A stretch of 64,000 nucleotides of DNA from Octopus vulgaris (taxonomy: Eukaryota), in NCBI GenBank assembly GCA_951406725.2, contig OX597818.1:26288001-26352000 (forward strand), written 5' to 3'. The notes beneath the pieces were generated by a model. That model was not told where the DNA came from and did not search any database. It saw only the letters and a list, made by a program, of their open reading frames with translations. Made by a program: the position numbers and the translations under genes. This document shows, piece by piece, positions 23,700 to 36,305 of this stretch; positions within the stretch are counted from its first letter, which is position 1, and the number at the start of each line of letters is the position of its first letter.

Positions 23700-26600
23700 T
23701 CAGGGTTGATAATATTTTTCTTCACATTTGATTTATAGATGCAGTAAACTTTGTCTTTTATTAACCCAGATACCAGCTCACCATGCAGCAAGGCTTTTGG
23801 AATATGACCATCAGCCATACAATTGACATGTCCAAGCTACTGAAGTTGTCACTGCTGCAAATGAGTGAGAGTGGCAGGAATACCACCACCCTGCTTAATA
23901 TGTTAAGATTGTTAATTCTATCCTACCATTTCATTCCAAGGGTTCTGTGCAGACACTGCATATGAGACATGTGAAGTTTCAGTTCTTGTGAAGAGTATGC
24001 TGGCCTTAGAAGTGTACTGAGAACATAGGCTTTGTACACCTTAACCTTAGTAGACATTCTGAGCTGTTTATTCCCCAAAACTTTCTAAAGGAAGTCTTGA
24101 GAGAGTACTAGCTGTTTTGACTCTGTGCTTCTTGAGTTCTGCATCTAGGACAAAGCTGTCTGATGCAGTGAGGTCAAGATACTGCTGTGCCACATCCACT
24201 TCCTTACCTCTGATCCTAACGAAGGAGGTGCTGGAGTGCCTTGTTCCAAGACTCAAATCTTTATGCGATTGATGATGAAACTAAATTAGGTTGCGAGCTC
24301 TTGAGAATCTATCCACAAGGTTTAGTAAGCATTCCAATAGAATTGAGGAGTTAGATGCATCAACAAACAGCATAACAGTAATTTTCTTCATTTTCCATCT
24401 AGCTATATTGAAAGCCAGCTACTAGATCTTGAGTGGAAGTAAACACTATCTGTTGTGAAGACACATAGCTTAGTGGTTTGGGTATTCAGCCCATGAGCAA
24501 AAGGTTGTGAGTTTGATACCTAGCAGCACATCGTGCTAGTGAGCAACACAATTTATTTCCCATTGCTCCAGTTTACTCAGCTGATAAAAATGAGTTGTAC
24601 CCGTAATTCAAAAGGAGCCAGCCAGGTCACATTCTGTGTCATACCGAATCTCCCAGAAGATTATGTTATGGGTATGCGTGTTTGTAGAATGCTCAGCTAT
24701 TTGCCCATTAATTTCATGATTAGGCTATTCTGTTGATTGGATCAACTGGAAACCTTGTTGGCATAACCAATGGAGTATCAGATCGGGATTCAAATGTGTT
24801 TCAAATATACCAAAAAGTTTTGGAACAAGGACTCAACTCTTCATTTCAGATTCCCTGGACATAGATTCTTCATACTGCACAGTGCTTATCATACCATCAT
24901 AGAAAACCATTATAGTGCTTAGTAGGTTAGGTAGTCAAGCAATAAATGATAACATGTTAAACAAGTCAGTTCTACTGATGAACTTAAATGCTTTCATTAA
25001 GTTTATGAAAGCCAGCTACAATGGTTGATTCTGCTCTTGGCACATTTCTTAAAAGTGATGCAATGATAACATTGTCTTTGGTGGATCTCTTGGAGCAGAA
25101 GCCACACTGCAATTCAAATTTCTAAAACCTTTACAGAACCAGTCAAGTAATAAGTTTGCCAACTATACTAAAAGATATTCCTCTCTAACTATTGCAATTA
25201 CTTCTGTTCCCTTTGTTTCATAATGTAGCAATGTCAGTATCCTACACATCCTTTAGAAAAATACTCTCTTCCCAACATTGACAGGATTTATGGGGTTCTT
25301 CCAGCAAGACTAACTTACCACTTACCCAAACATCAGCAGGAATATAGTTTTTTCCAAGTGCTTTGCCTGTTAGCAAATTTATGCAGCCTTCATGAATTTT
25401 CCTATGGTAAGGAATTCAACTAGTTTGGATATAACCAGATGTTAAATAGCATCCAAAGCTTGAGTAAAAGTTATAACAAACATTCTACACATGCTTCCAT
25501 CTGTAGTTCAGTTTCCTTGATGCTCCATCAAACAGCTTTCAATATACCACAGTACAACTTGATAGTGCCTGTGTCTGCAGCTTGTTGAACAAAGCTCAGA
25601 GGTTCAGCCAGTAGTTATTAACACACGTACTGATCATTTCCTGAATTCTGCCATCTAACTGTCTTAAGTATTTAATAGTTCTCTGTAAGTGGCAAATTTT
25701 TGTAAGCATTATGCTTGGCAACAATGAGAAGAAGTAAACTTTCTGAGATGGCTGGCTACCAGCTGTTATCCTGCAGACCTTTCTTTCTCCCAAAAGTTTC
25801 TATTATAGTAGTGAGATTCATTGTTGTGAGGTAGTGCCAAAGCTGAATCTGGAAGGCAAAGGGAAGCAATGATCTGATGTGAGCTGACTTTTCTGGATTT
25901 GCAATCTTTCTTATATCTATAAGTAGCATCCCCTTTGGCTTGGCTCTATGAAATCTCTTGTTATAGACTGACCATAATGCAGACAAGTGAATGTTCTGTA
26001 TTACAAACTGCACTATGTAATGCTCTTGTCACCAAAAAGTTCTTGAGATGAGATCACCTGGCTATGACAAGGTCCTATTAGTGCTACTGTTTAGCTTGTG
26101 GGTGTTTGCAGGATACTCTATAATAGGATTTAGAGCCAAAGTAAGTATTAGTAACACATAAGTGTGAAAGGAGCACAATTCTAGGAGGTGCTTGTTATTG
26201 TTATTGGGTCACTGTAGTGACCCAAGCAAAATATCTAAGCTTCATTTTAGTAGTAAAAGTTTTCTTTAATAACAACAGTAGAAAAGATTGTTAGATCATC
26301 AAAGATGGCATAATGCACTCAGCATTTATTTCTACCAATTTCTACAGCTTAGAAGTGTCTGCTTGATAGCAAACCCAACACTTTGTTTACAAGTTTCATC
26401 TTCCTTCTTACCTTGCTTAAAGAAGAATGAGTAGTGTAAGCTTCTTTTATGTTTCTGGAATCTGCTAACCAGGTGCCTTGGAGAGCAACAATGTCTACTT
26501 GCAAGAAGGAAAGATTGCTGATTACGATGACTATTTTGTGCCAGCACCTGACCCTTGTGCTCTTTTGTTCTTTCTGCTGATGTTGTTGATGCTTCATTGT

Positions 26601-26750
26601 TCCCAATGCATTTGTTCATTTTGGCAAGAAGTACCTAATGTCGCACACAACCAATGAAGCATGTTAACACAGTGGTAAGGCAACACCTGTCCAATGAGAA
26701 CCTCCACCACCACCACCAGTGCTTAGCTATATGCTGCTCTAAATGGAAAC
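23700..26750 (-). mobile_element. Decayed near-full-length RTE-1/BovB-like LINE (APE endonuclease + RT), interrupted by a SINE at 24460-24780
   Basis: VDIVALQGTWLADS (compare IAALQETRLA), QSVGFAIKQTLL, LAFINLMKAFKFISR (compare AFIDL.KAFD.VSR), QYLDLTASDSFVLDAELKKHRVKTASTLSRL, YKACVLSTLL. Confidence 0.8.
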
Positions 26751-27790
26751 TTGTAACTTGTTCCCTGTGTTGCATTTGTAGTTTGTGTCAAAAGGATGGT
26801 TGTGATATGTCTAGTGTGTAGATAAAGGAAGTTATGTGTTTATCACCTTCCTACCTGCAGCTTTTCTCTACTGGTTAACAGTAATGTGTAGGAGACAGAA
26901 AGTGAGTAGGTCTTTTACTTATACATAACTTCTCCGGCAAAATGTACCTCTCCCTCTTTATAATGAAACATAGTAACTTGGTGCTTTGCAGCCCAAACTT
27001 AAGTTCTCGGGGACTTGTAGGTAGAATGCCTCCAGAGATACCTGTAGGCTCAGCAGCATGAAAAAATGCTTTAGTCTCTAGTGTGATCCTATAGACAGCC
27101 CAGTATTGTACTCAACCCAACTACGGTAGCTAATTCAGTTGGCCTGGTATCAAACGTATTGGTTCAACTTTCCTTTGCATATTACATAGAACGAAAGGGA
27201 GATATTGACGCTTGGATAGCCCATACTCTCTATATCTCGAACACACAAACACTCATTAAACATACACATTCACGGCTTTATATCTACAGCAACAGGCTGT
27301 TTTAGAGATTCGAAACTCACCATAAAGAACATACTTTTCAACTGCTAAATTGTAACATGTTGATTAAAAAAAATACACTATTATTAACGTTGCACTGTTT
27401 TGATTCGTGTGTGTGTTTAAACTACACTTGTGCGATCAGTATCCATAGCAGTTAAAATATTGAATAGTAATCACCAAATTCTTAAACAAGTAGTTTGTTT
27501 TAATCTTAAAACAACTGCATATATATTCCTTGGTTATATACTGCAGCAATATAGAAAAAAATGTCAATTACTGATGCGTATATTTTACAGATTATAAGAT
27601 GTTAAACTATACAAATCCAATAAACTAACAACTTATTGAAGTTGTACTGTTATAGCTACACAGAGATTATTGTCCTTACAAATAACTTATAGTGATGCAT
27701 TTTACAAATGAATAACTTCATCTTATATCTGTTTCTCATGTAAACAAATATACGTTGGTGTATATGTATTTTGAAAGGGGTTAAACATAC

Positions 27791-28200
27791 CTGTGTAATT
27801 TCACGGGAAATTCGTAGAAAAGAAGTTCTTTAGTTTCCTTTAACAGTAACCAAAGGTAATGATAACACTTCTGATGTTACCCGATTGAACAGTATCATCT
27901 AATAACGTTTCTTCTCGTGTTTTTCTCCTAGCATGCCACGTAATAACCACTTTTATGTTCCGCCGGTGAATATCATCGCCATTGTAAATGAATATTTCTC
28001 TGAAATTTTTTCCTTTTTATGTATCTTCTTTCTTTCTACATGCTTTCCATGTATTTTCCCCCTTTTCTTCGATTTTAATATTTTCCGAAAGTAATAAAAT
28101 TTACTCAAGGTATTCGTATGTATTTTTTTTATCTAAAGCTGTCACTAGGGTGCCGATCAAGCATACCTCAAATTCGTTAAATTAGCTGATGCTTTTCAAC
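27791..28200 (-). other. Putative non-coding first exon / promoter-proximal region of gene A (5' boundary unknown)
   Basis: Strong donor CAG|GTATGT at 27791/27790, locally raised CpG, and only short ORFs in the frames examined. Confidence 0.45.
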
Positions 28201-28229
28201 AGCTGGAAGTACACTCGCTCCAACTTCCG
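27934..28229 (-). promoter_or_regulatory. Candidate promoter motifs: XBP1/CREB3/ATF6-like TGCCACGTAA (27934-27943) and ETS-like CGGAAGT (28223-28229)
   Basis: Motifs read directly from the sequence; function inferred from position next to the donor at 27791. Confidence 0.35.
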
Positions 28230-28698
28230 TTCTAAATAAATTTATTCCTCTCTATAAAGTCTGTGTCTTCCCTCCTCTTTCTTTAGCTCAATCACTAACT
28301 AACACTACTACTTCCTTTTCGGTGAAATAAAAATATGACTGCTAAGATAAATATTTCCTTTACTTTCTTTTGAACACATTCATGTATATCGTCTCATTTA
28401 ACTAATAGTAGTCCTCGAAAATAGTCTTCACATGTTTTATTTATATTTTATTGGGGAAATCCTGTTTACAAGAATATTAATTACTCTAACCACGAAGTAT
28501 CTGGTGGTAGACTTAATACATTGCTTAGTTTAAGACCACCGCTTACACCTTTGGTGTCTCTTTATTATAGTCCATTCTGTTAACAGCATTTAGGAGAATG
28601 TGGCGTGCAGCATGTCCTCCTGTGATTGTGCTATTAAAAAGCGTCATCCAATTGTAGTAAAATTCATTTTCATTTATATAGCACTAAAAGTAAATGCT

Positions 28699-29495
28699 TT
28701 AATAATTTAGTATGATTTTATTGATTTGGAATACAAGTCTAGCTTGGGTTTCCTCTGCAATTCTTACCTGCAAGGTAGTTAGAAAAATAATGAAGTTAAA
28801 ATCAAGCTATATTAACTTCTACAAAAATTAGCCTTGTACCTACTTGTAGCAGAGCTACATATTACATAGTAATATGTGAGTTGACCTGCACTGCAGACGA
28901 ATATATCAATGAGGTGACTAGCCTCGCTTTGATACAGTAGCCTCGTTCTGAGCTATACTGTAGACATTCTCAGTTCCTGCCAAGCTTTGATCAAAGATAC
29001 ACGTCTTCTCTATAGCTCTACATGCGATCTTCCGTGTGCAACTCACATGTCTATTCACCTTGACACAAGATATATGGTTCATAAACGAACATATTTTATC
29101 ACACACACATTCTCAATATGACTGTTCTCATTACACACATGCATACATACTGTAATACAAATATATGTTACTTCTTTCAATGCAAAAGTAAAAATCAAAA
29201 CTTTCTTTGCATGTAAACACATGTTTTTGTATCATACTATATGCTTCCACCACAAAAGGTGAATACAGAATAAACAATATATTTATACACAAAAAATGTC
29301 TTATGGTGATTCATACTAACTGTTTTTCCATTTAATAAAATGCACTTGAACAGCCAACGACTGCCACTATATATTAAAATAAAATAATTTAAAGCTATAT
29401 ATGGTTTTCAAATATTATACCTTCAACATGTTCATGTTGCAAATAACTCTCAGCTGTTGATTCAAGAATTCAATTTCAGCTTCTACTGATTGCAT
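28699..29495 (-). CDS. Possible spliced 47-aa microprotein (exons 29495-29421 and 28767-28699)
   Basis: TTTTGCTAACAG acceptor (29501), AAG|GTATAA donor (29421), TTTTTCTAACTACCTTGCAG acceptor (28768). Phase-0 join gives MQSVEAEIEFLNQQLRVICNMNMLKVRIAEETQARLVFQINKIILNY*; AATAAA at 28447-28452. No homology recognised. Confidence 0.3.
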
Positions 29496-30519
29496 TACTC
29501 CTGTTAGCAAAAGGTGTCAATAATAACAGATCACTGATATAGGCTTAAATGAAAAGTAAACCATAGACTATCATATCCATGAAGTGCTGGTATGTCAGAT
29601 GCAGCATTTATAAAACTGAATGGCATTTAAAGAAACAGGAAAAGGCCAAAAGGAAGTGTAACAGATTTGTAGGGAGAGCAACAGTTTATATGTTGAAAAG
29701 GCTATAGTTCTTAAGTTAGGTCTCACCAATCACAAAGTGTAATTGGTAGTTAGGATATATAGTAGATGTTAGGTCACCAAGAATGCAATGGCTGCATTGG
29801 TTATCTTTGAAATCCTTAGAAGAAAATAATAGTTGAAACAGCCTTTATTTTATCAGTACACTTCACTCTTCAACAGTCTACTTCTGTCACTTTCTAGCAC
29901 TTTCACTGAGATACAAACCAACTTTTCATATGTGCAAACCTTACTATTATTATCATCCTTTCACATGAAAACATCTGGTTGCTACAAGTCTTTATGTATT
30001 ATACATCAGACACAATGTAAAAGTGAAAAATCAATTGTGACAGTTGAATAAAATCTGTGATAAGTATTTTTCTTTTGTCAGTTTATTTTGGTACATATCT
30101 TATTATCACACACAGGCTCCACTAAACCTCTTACTGATACCAATCATACATACAGCTGTTGCAGATGCTTACAAAGTTCTGATTATATAATTATATTTAA
30201 TAAAACTCTAATCAGCAAAAGTAACTGAAAAAGAGAAAATGCATATTTCAGATCTTTTAAATTTTTGTACCCATGCATAATGTGCATCACACTTTTGGAA
30301 GACAGAAAAGTAGACTTCCGGTAATGCAGATGCAATGATATACAGTAACTGAGCAAATTTAGCATCAGCATGCCTACACATATATGCTCTAATGAATTTC
30401 TTTCCTCATAACTTTCAGAAAAAGGGGTATTTTTTAATGAAATTTTCTACAAATATACTTCAGATTCTGATTATATTGGAATTTGCTGTGAAATAACAAC
30501 AATACAACTTTTATGTTTG

Positions 30520-31860
30520 ACTCACACAGCGGCCACATCTTGACAATTTCAATTTTCAGGTCTCCATGTTTGTTGACTTTTTTTCTTTCTTTCATGACAA
30601 TATGTTAATCTCCTGGCACTACCACATCAACTATTAGGCACTCTTGCTTGTCCTCTTTGGTGCTCTAACACCTTGTCTATCTGAAAGTCAAAGTCCTAGA
30701 GGATATTTGTCTTCCTAATTTAGTCCATTACCTTTTTCCAGTGTATGGTGGTACAAAGCACCCTTTACCTCATATCCATACTTTCATAGCCAGTGAAAGT
30801 TTAGAGCTACCTTGTTGTGTCTGCACTGGTACTCTTTCTGTGCAAGACTTTCACAAGCGCTTACTATGTGAATCATGCTTTTGACCTTCTTCCCACACAT
30901 TCTGCAGAGGTTTGTTGCGCTTGTGTGATATATATTCCTTTTCACTGACTTGGTATTCAATACCTGGTCCTGAGCAGTGATGATCAAGCTTTCAGTCCTC
31001 TTTTTAAGGTCACCTTCACTGAACTACATCCATGATGCTTCTTGGTCTTTTAAGTTGATGGCAGTCACGAAGTTCCTTGCACTTAGTTTTGACTTCAAGA
31101 GAAGTTTGAGGTGCTTCAAATATTCAAGGTGAACTTGTCAGAGCCTTCATCAACAATGTTGTCTTTCCATCTACCATCCATTCCAGAACCTCACCATTCT
31201 GTAGACAATCATCTAATTGCAGGCCAATTCATTTGTATGTTGAATTAAACCACTTGAGCCAGTAGTCTTGGATTTCATCTGGCCCTGCTGCTCTCCAGTT
31301 TAACAGTTTTGATACCTGTGCAATTATATCTTCTGATGTTATGGATACATAATCCTGCCTTGGAGCTTCAGCGTGCTGAAGTTCAGATTTTATGGAATGA
31401 ATCCATTCAGCACTGTGGTTGTGGGAAAGCTATTGCCCCCAGATTTTATTCCAAGATTGGTGGGTTTCCTCTGCTGTCTCCACCCAAGTTTTCAAAAGAC
31501 TGCCTCTGGTTATTTGTGAATTGTCTGTTTTGATGGAAATGCAATATGTGTTCAGTGTAGTATTGCTTCTTCAATGTTTTTGCCAGAATACATTGTTTTA
31601 GGGTTTTGATAACAGTTTCTTTTCTATATGGTATTTTGTTTCAAGATAGGCCTTCTCACCTTCCTTAGTATGTTTTCATTGCCCTTTGGACTGTTCTATG
31701 CAACTCAGATTTTTACACGCAGTTTTAATATCACCATTGATTCTCCACTGCCACCATGACTCCTTCTGTCCACTTGATTTCCTCTTTGTTTTTCTAACCA
31801 GCTCACCAACTAAAATTGAAACAGATTTAATCAAGTACCTTGTTTCCAATAGATCTTCCA
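30520..31860 (-). mobile_element. R4/NeSL-like (restriction-like endonuclease) non-LTR retrotransposon relic, RT core largely deleted
   Basis: IITAQDQVLNT...CRMCGKKVKSMIHIVSACESLAQKEYQCRHNKVA (CCHC knuckle + RHN), later DFDFQIDKVLEH and IVDVVVPGD; upstream WWQWRINGDI and NWRAAGPDEIQDYWLK. Confidence 0.85.
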
Positions 31861-31974
31861 TTGGAATATTACATACAAAAATGCGAGCAAGAGAAATAAT
31901 ATTCTTAAGATTATAAACCTGGAAAATTACAGAATAAGTTATTACCTTGGATCGTAGGGTGACCTGCTGTGCTA

Positions 31975-32335
31975 GAGGAGACCTATTGAGTCAAGTATAT
32001 CAACATCAAAATAAATATCAAATGGAAATTGTAGTTGTGATACCTGGGCCGGTGGCATGTAAAAAGCACCATCTGAACATGGCCGATGCCAGCGCAACCT
32101 TGAGTGGCTTCTGTGCCGGTGGCACCAACCAATCGTGGGCACTGCCAGCCTGCCCTGGCACGTAAAAAGCACCTACTACACTCACAGAGTGGTTGGCGTT
32201 AGGAAGGGCATCCAGCTGTAGAAACACTGCCAGGTCAGACTGGAGCCTAGTGCAGCCTCCTGGCTTCCCAGGCCTCAGTTGAACCATCCAACCCATGTTA
32301 GCACGGAAAACGGATGCTAAACGATTATGATGATG
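31975..32335 (+). mobile_element. RTE 3'-UTR copy
   Basis: GGAGACCTATTGAGTCAAGT...GGTTGGCGTTAGGAAGGGCATCCAGCTGTAGAAAC...(GAT)n. Confidence 0.85.
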
Positions 32336-34094
32336 TTGCTCTGCAATCACTTTGACACCTGATGCATGATACATCGTGCACCTCTTCAGGTAATGTCAAT
32401 TTAATGGAGAGACTGAGCTAATGTGTGGCAGAATGAACATTTGAGCAGGATGTTCAGCTGTTCAGCAAAAGCTGAGTGCTCATACATTGTCTTCAACAGG
32501 AGAGTCCACCATATATATATATATAAACGGCAAAATGTCTCTGTGTGTTTCCTTTATACAAATTCACAATTTTTCAGTTTCTATGGTCATTCAAAACTGT
32601 CCAAGGGTGGTCGCGCACATCTTTACATTTCTCCAGTCACCCCGCAAAGCCATTAAAAAATCAATAGAGGTGACTTTTTTTGTGAATTTTCTATCCAAAA
32701 CCCAATCAAAATGCCCGAAACTTGATACACCAATTGAATGCTAGCTAGCTGTATGTGATTGGTCAGAGATTTGGACAGTACTCATGTGTATGTGCGCATG
32801 CAAGCAGCTGTATATGCACTAGCACTATGACCCGGTGTGTGTGTGCGTGCATAGGTGCAGGCATGGCTACATGGTAAGGAGTTTGCTTCTCAACCACATG
32901 GTACTGAGTTCAATTCCCCTGTGTTGCACCTAGTACAAGTGTCTTGTATTATAGTGCTGGGTTAACCAAAGCCTTGTAAGTGGATGTGTTGGACAGAAAC
33001 TAAAGAAAGACCATTGCAACATGCATATATATATATTTATATACACTAGATGAACCTGTAAAAACTTCATGGCAAACATAAAAAATTTAAGCATCTGTAA
33101 ATTGTGTACTGGCGCCATGAGAAATTTTTCTATATGGTGACAGTTACAGAATATAGAAAGAAGAGTAAAACTGATAACTATATAATCCAACTAAAATATC
33201 TCAGTTACGCAAATGTAAACAGAATTACTATTAAGCCTTAAAATACATTGTACATATTTAAAGAACCTTCTTGGTTTAGTGGTACGGAATGTTCTTCTGG
33301 CATTCTTTTATTCTTTTACTTGTTTCAGTCATTTGCCTGTGGCCATGCTGGAGCACCACCATTTAGTTGAAGAAATCGACCCTTGGACTTATTCCCTGTA
33401 AGCCTGGTGCTTAATCTATCAGTCTCTTGTGCTGAACCGCTAAGTTATGGAGACTCAAACACACCAACACTGGTTGTCAAGTGATGGTGGTGGGGGGACA
33501 CAGACACAAACACACACACATAAATACACACGCACACACACAAATATGTATGATGGGCTTAGCAGAAGACATTCTATGAAGTATAGAGTTGAATTTCGTG
33601 TAGCCACCTGTTGGCAACTTTTCTCCCCCACTCATTTTGTAGTGGGTATTACCCATTTTTCTGGGCTCTTTTCACAGCTATACCCCATTCGAAATTTGCA
33701 TTAGTTTTTGTATGAAAAAAAAAAGAAGGGAGGGGGAGCAGTTTGTTTGTAATTTGTAAAGAAAACGTTAAACATGTCTGATAAAAAAACATGATGTTTT
33801 TACCCAACTAAAAGACATGAAGAACTATGAAAGAAGGTGAATAAGTACCGGAGGTGGGGCAAAGAAGAAAGAACTAACACTTGATCCTTCTAGAACTCCC
33901 AAATGAAAACCTAAACGCCTGAAAGACTTTCCCTTTCTATTCATTGCTAAATCTCTTTCCCACTTCTTCATTGTAAAAGTAAAGAAGCTAGAAAAGATCA
34001 ATCATATTTCAGTCTAATTGTCATTTTAAATGACTGAGGCTTTCCTTTCTCTGTCTCTGTCACTTCACTCTTTTTCTCTCTGGTTAAGAGAGTG

Positions 34095-34415
34095 AAGGTG
34101 CATGGCTCAGTGGTTAGGGATATACGGCCCATGATCATAAGGTCATGAGTATGATTCCCGGTAGCGTGCTGTGTTCTTGAGCAAGGCACTCTACTTTACC
34201 TTGCTGCAGTCCATTTGGCTGGCAAAAATGAGTTGTAGCTGTAATTCATTGGGGCCAGCCTTGTCACGTTCTGTGTGAGGCTGAATCTCCCTGAGAACTA
34301 TGTTAATGGTATTCATGTCTGTAGAGTACTCAGTCACTAGCTCGTTAATTTTACTAGCAGACTGTTCTGTTGATCAGAGAAACAAGAACCTCATCGTTGA
34401 AACTGATGGAGTGTC
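34095..34415 (+). mobile_element. tRNA-headed SINE family 2 (also 24460-24780, 34720-34880, 53652-53960)
   Basis: GAAGGTGCATGGCTCAGTGGTTAG (A box)...GATTCCC (B box)...GTGTTCTTGAGCAAG.CACTTTA core. Confidence 0.75.
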
Positions 34416-35431
34416 ATTTTTTAAAAAGAGTGAAAGAAAAGGAAATGTTTTATATCGTAAGGCAAAAATGTCATGTGTTTAGTATAAGCAGTGAAAGCTA
34501 AGACGAAATAATTGCTATTCCATTGTGTAGTGACTTTGCCCTCAACTCATGCTCAATTTGATAACAACAGCCTGCACATCAGTGTTTATTTGGGGGCTTG
34601 GCCTCCAGATCTGTGAGACCTACAAATGTTGGTATTAAGACTGGTATTAAGAATGGCTAAAAAGATTTTCCTGCCTCTATATAGGATCTTTTTTCATTTT
34701 CTTCCAACCACTTGAAGGTTTATCTTGCTCCAGTCCATGCAGTTAGCCAAAATGAGTTGTAGGTGTAATTGAAAGGGGCCAACCATGTCACATTCTGTAT
34801 GAGGCTGAATCTCCCAGAGAACTATGTTAATGGTATGCATGTCTGTGGAATACTCAGCCACTTGTGCATTAATTTTATCCTTGTGTGGTAATGAAAAGTG
34901 AAAGTGACATCCAATATTTGCTGTAGTTATTTGTCTTTGATTTAACTATGTGTGTATGTATCTACTTTTCTTTCAATCTATGTATCCACTTTGCTTTCGA
35001 TGTATGTATCAGTCTACTCTGAAAATACTGATAAACATTTAAAAAGATAAAACGAACGCCACCTTCCTTTCAGTCACCACTCACTGTCTCTCTCTTTCTG
35101 TGTCACTTCCTCTTTGTCCCTCCTCTCTCCTGCTTTGCCACTCACTTCTAATATACCTCCTCTTTTATTTCTTTTTTTCTTTGTACCTTTCCCTTTTACT
35201 TTTTAACCCCTTCCTTTGAAGTAAATGTGGTACACACCACAGGTATGTATGTAAAAAAACAAAGATTAGCATATCAATATTATTGATGTTGATGTATATT
35301 TGTTTGTATACATACATAATACATATATGCATACAACTTACACACATGCACACACACACACACACACACACAGATGCACACAAAAACACACATATATATA
35401 TACTTTATTGGAAAGCAGCAAAAATATCACA

Positions 35432-35477
35432 AAAACTGTTACTCAGAGTTTTACGTTCCTGTTTGTCAGACAGTTTT
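35432..35477 (-). ncRNA. Inactivated minimal type-I hammerhead motif
   Basis: Minus: AAAACTGT-CTGACAA-acaggaacgt-AAAAC-tctga-GTA^-ACAGTTTT; perfect 8-bp stem I, G8->A and G12->A. Confidence 0.65.
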
Positions 35478-36305
35478 GTTTAGAATGGAACAAAAATAAG
35501 GTTATATGCATAAATATACAATTGGTTTGATAGATACATATTTGATAATGGTTTTGTTTTATTGGTTCTTTCAACTAATGGTCTTTTCAATAACCGGTTG
35601 CATGCAATAACAAATTGCAGTTTAAAACCATATTATTATAAGAATCGAAGAAAACCTTAAATCAAAAAATAGCTTATAAAGAAGGAAAAGGCCTGAGTAC
35701 CCAGGGTAAATAATTAGCTGTAAAATATTAATAAATTAAAAGAAATATCTGTTTAAAAAAATGTTCATGCTAGTTACATATACATTTAGCAGTATTTGCT
35801 TTTTTAATAATGTCCCTCTCCACCCACATTTTACAGTGATCATTCTTCTGTGCTACCAAACTATCTCTCACTCTCCCCATGCAATATGCCTGCCTCTTTC
35901 TTCACATTCCTGCAACCACCTCAATTACACAGTATTTCTCTTTATCTCATCCTTCCCCTGTTTAATGTATCATTATTACTATTCTATGGCTCTTCACCCC
36001 TTTCTGTACCATTAGTAATTTCCTGTACTCTTCCACCTCCCCTATCCCACATTACTTGAAAGGAATATTACTAATAGCAGTCAGTATATTCTATAAAGTG
36101 GTTGGTGTTAGGAAAAGCATCTGATCATAGAAACAATGCCAAAAATTGACTTTGCCACAAATTGAAGTCTTTGGATTTGTTGGATCCTATCAATCCGTCC
36201 AGCACATCTATAATGGAGTGGAAGGTTTATGATACCTGTGAAGTATCTTCTTCTCCTATTATAATTATTTTTGTAGTTTCAAGGAGCTGGAACAGGTCAC
36301 CAATT

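Noticed and set aside
24976-25020. Hammerhead-like CTGATGA...hairpin...GAAAGCCAGCTA
   Set aside because: No stem I, and it is the antisense of the RT motif LAFINLMKAFKFISR, so coincidental.
32510-33250. Possible Helitron fragments (5'-like end at 32510; reversed CTAG end near 33045)
   Set aside because: The ends could not be paired and the hairpins are degraded.
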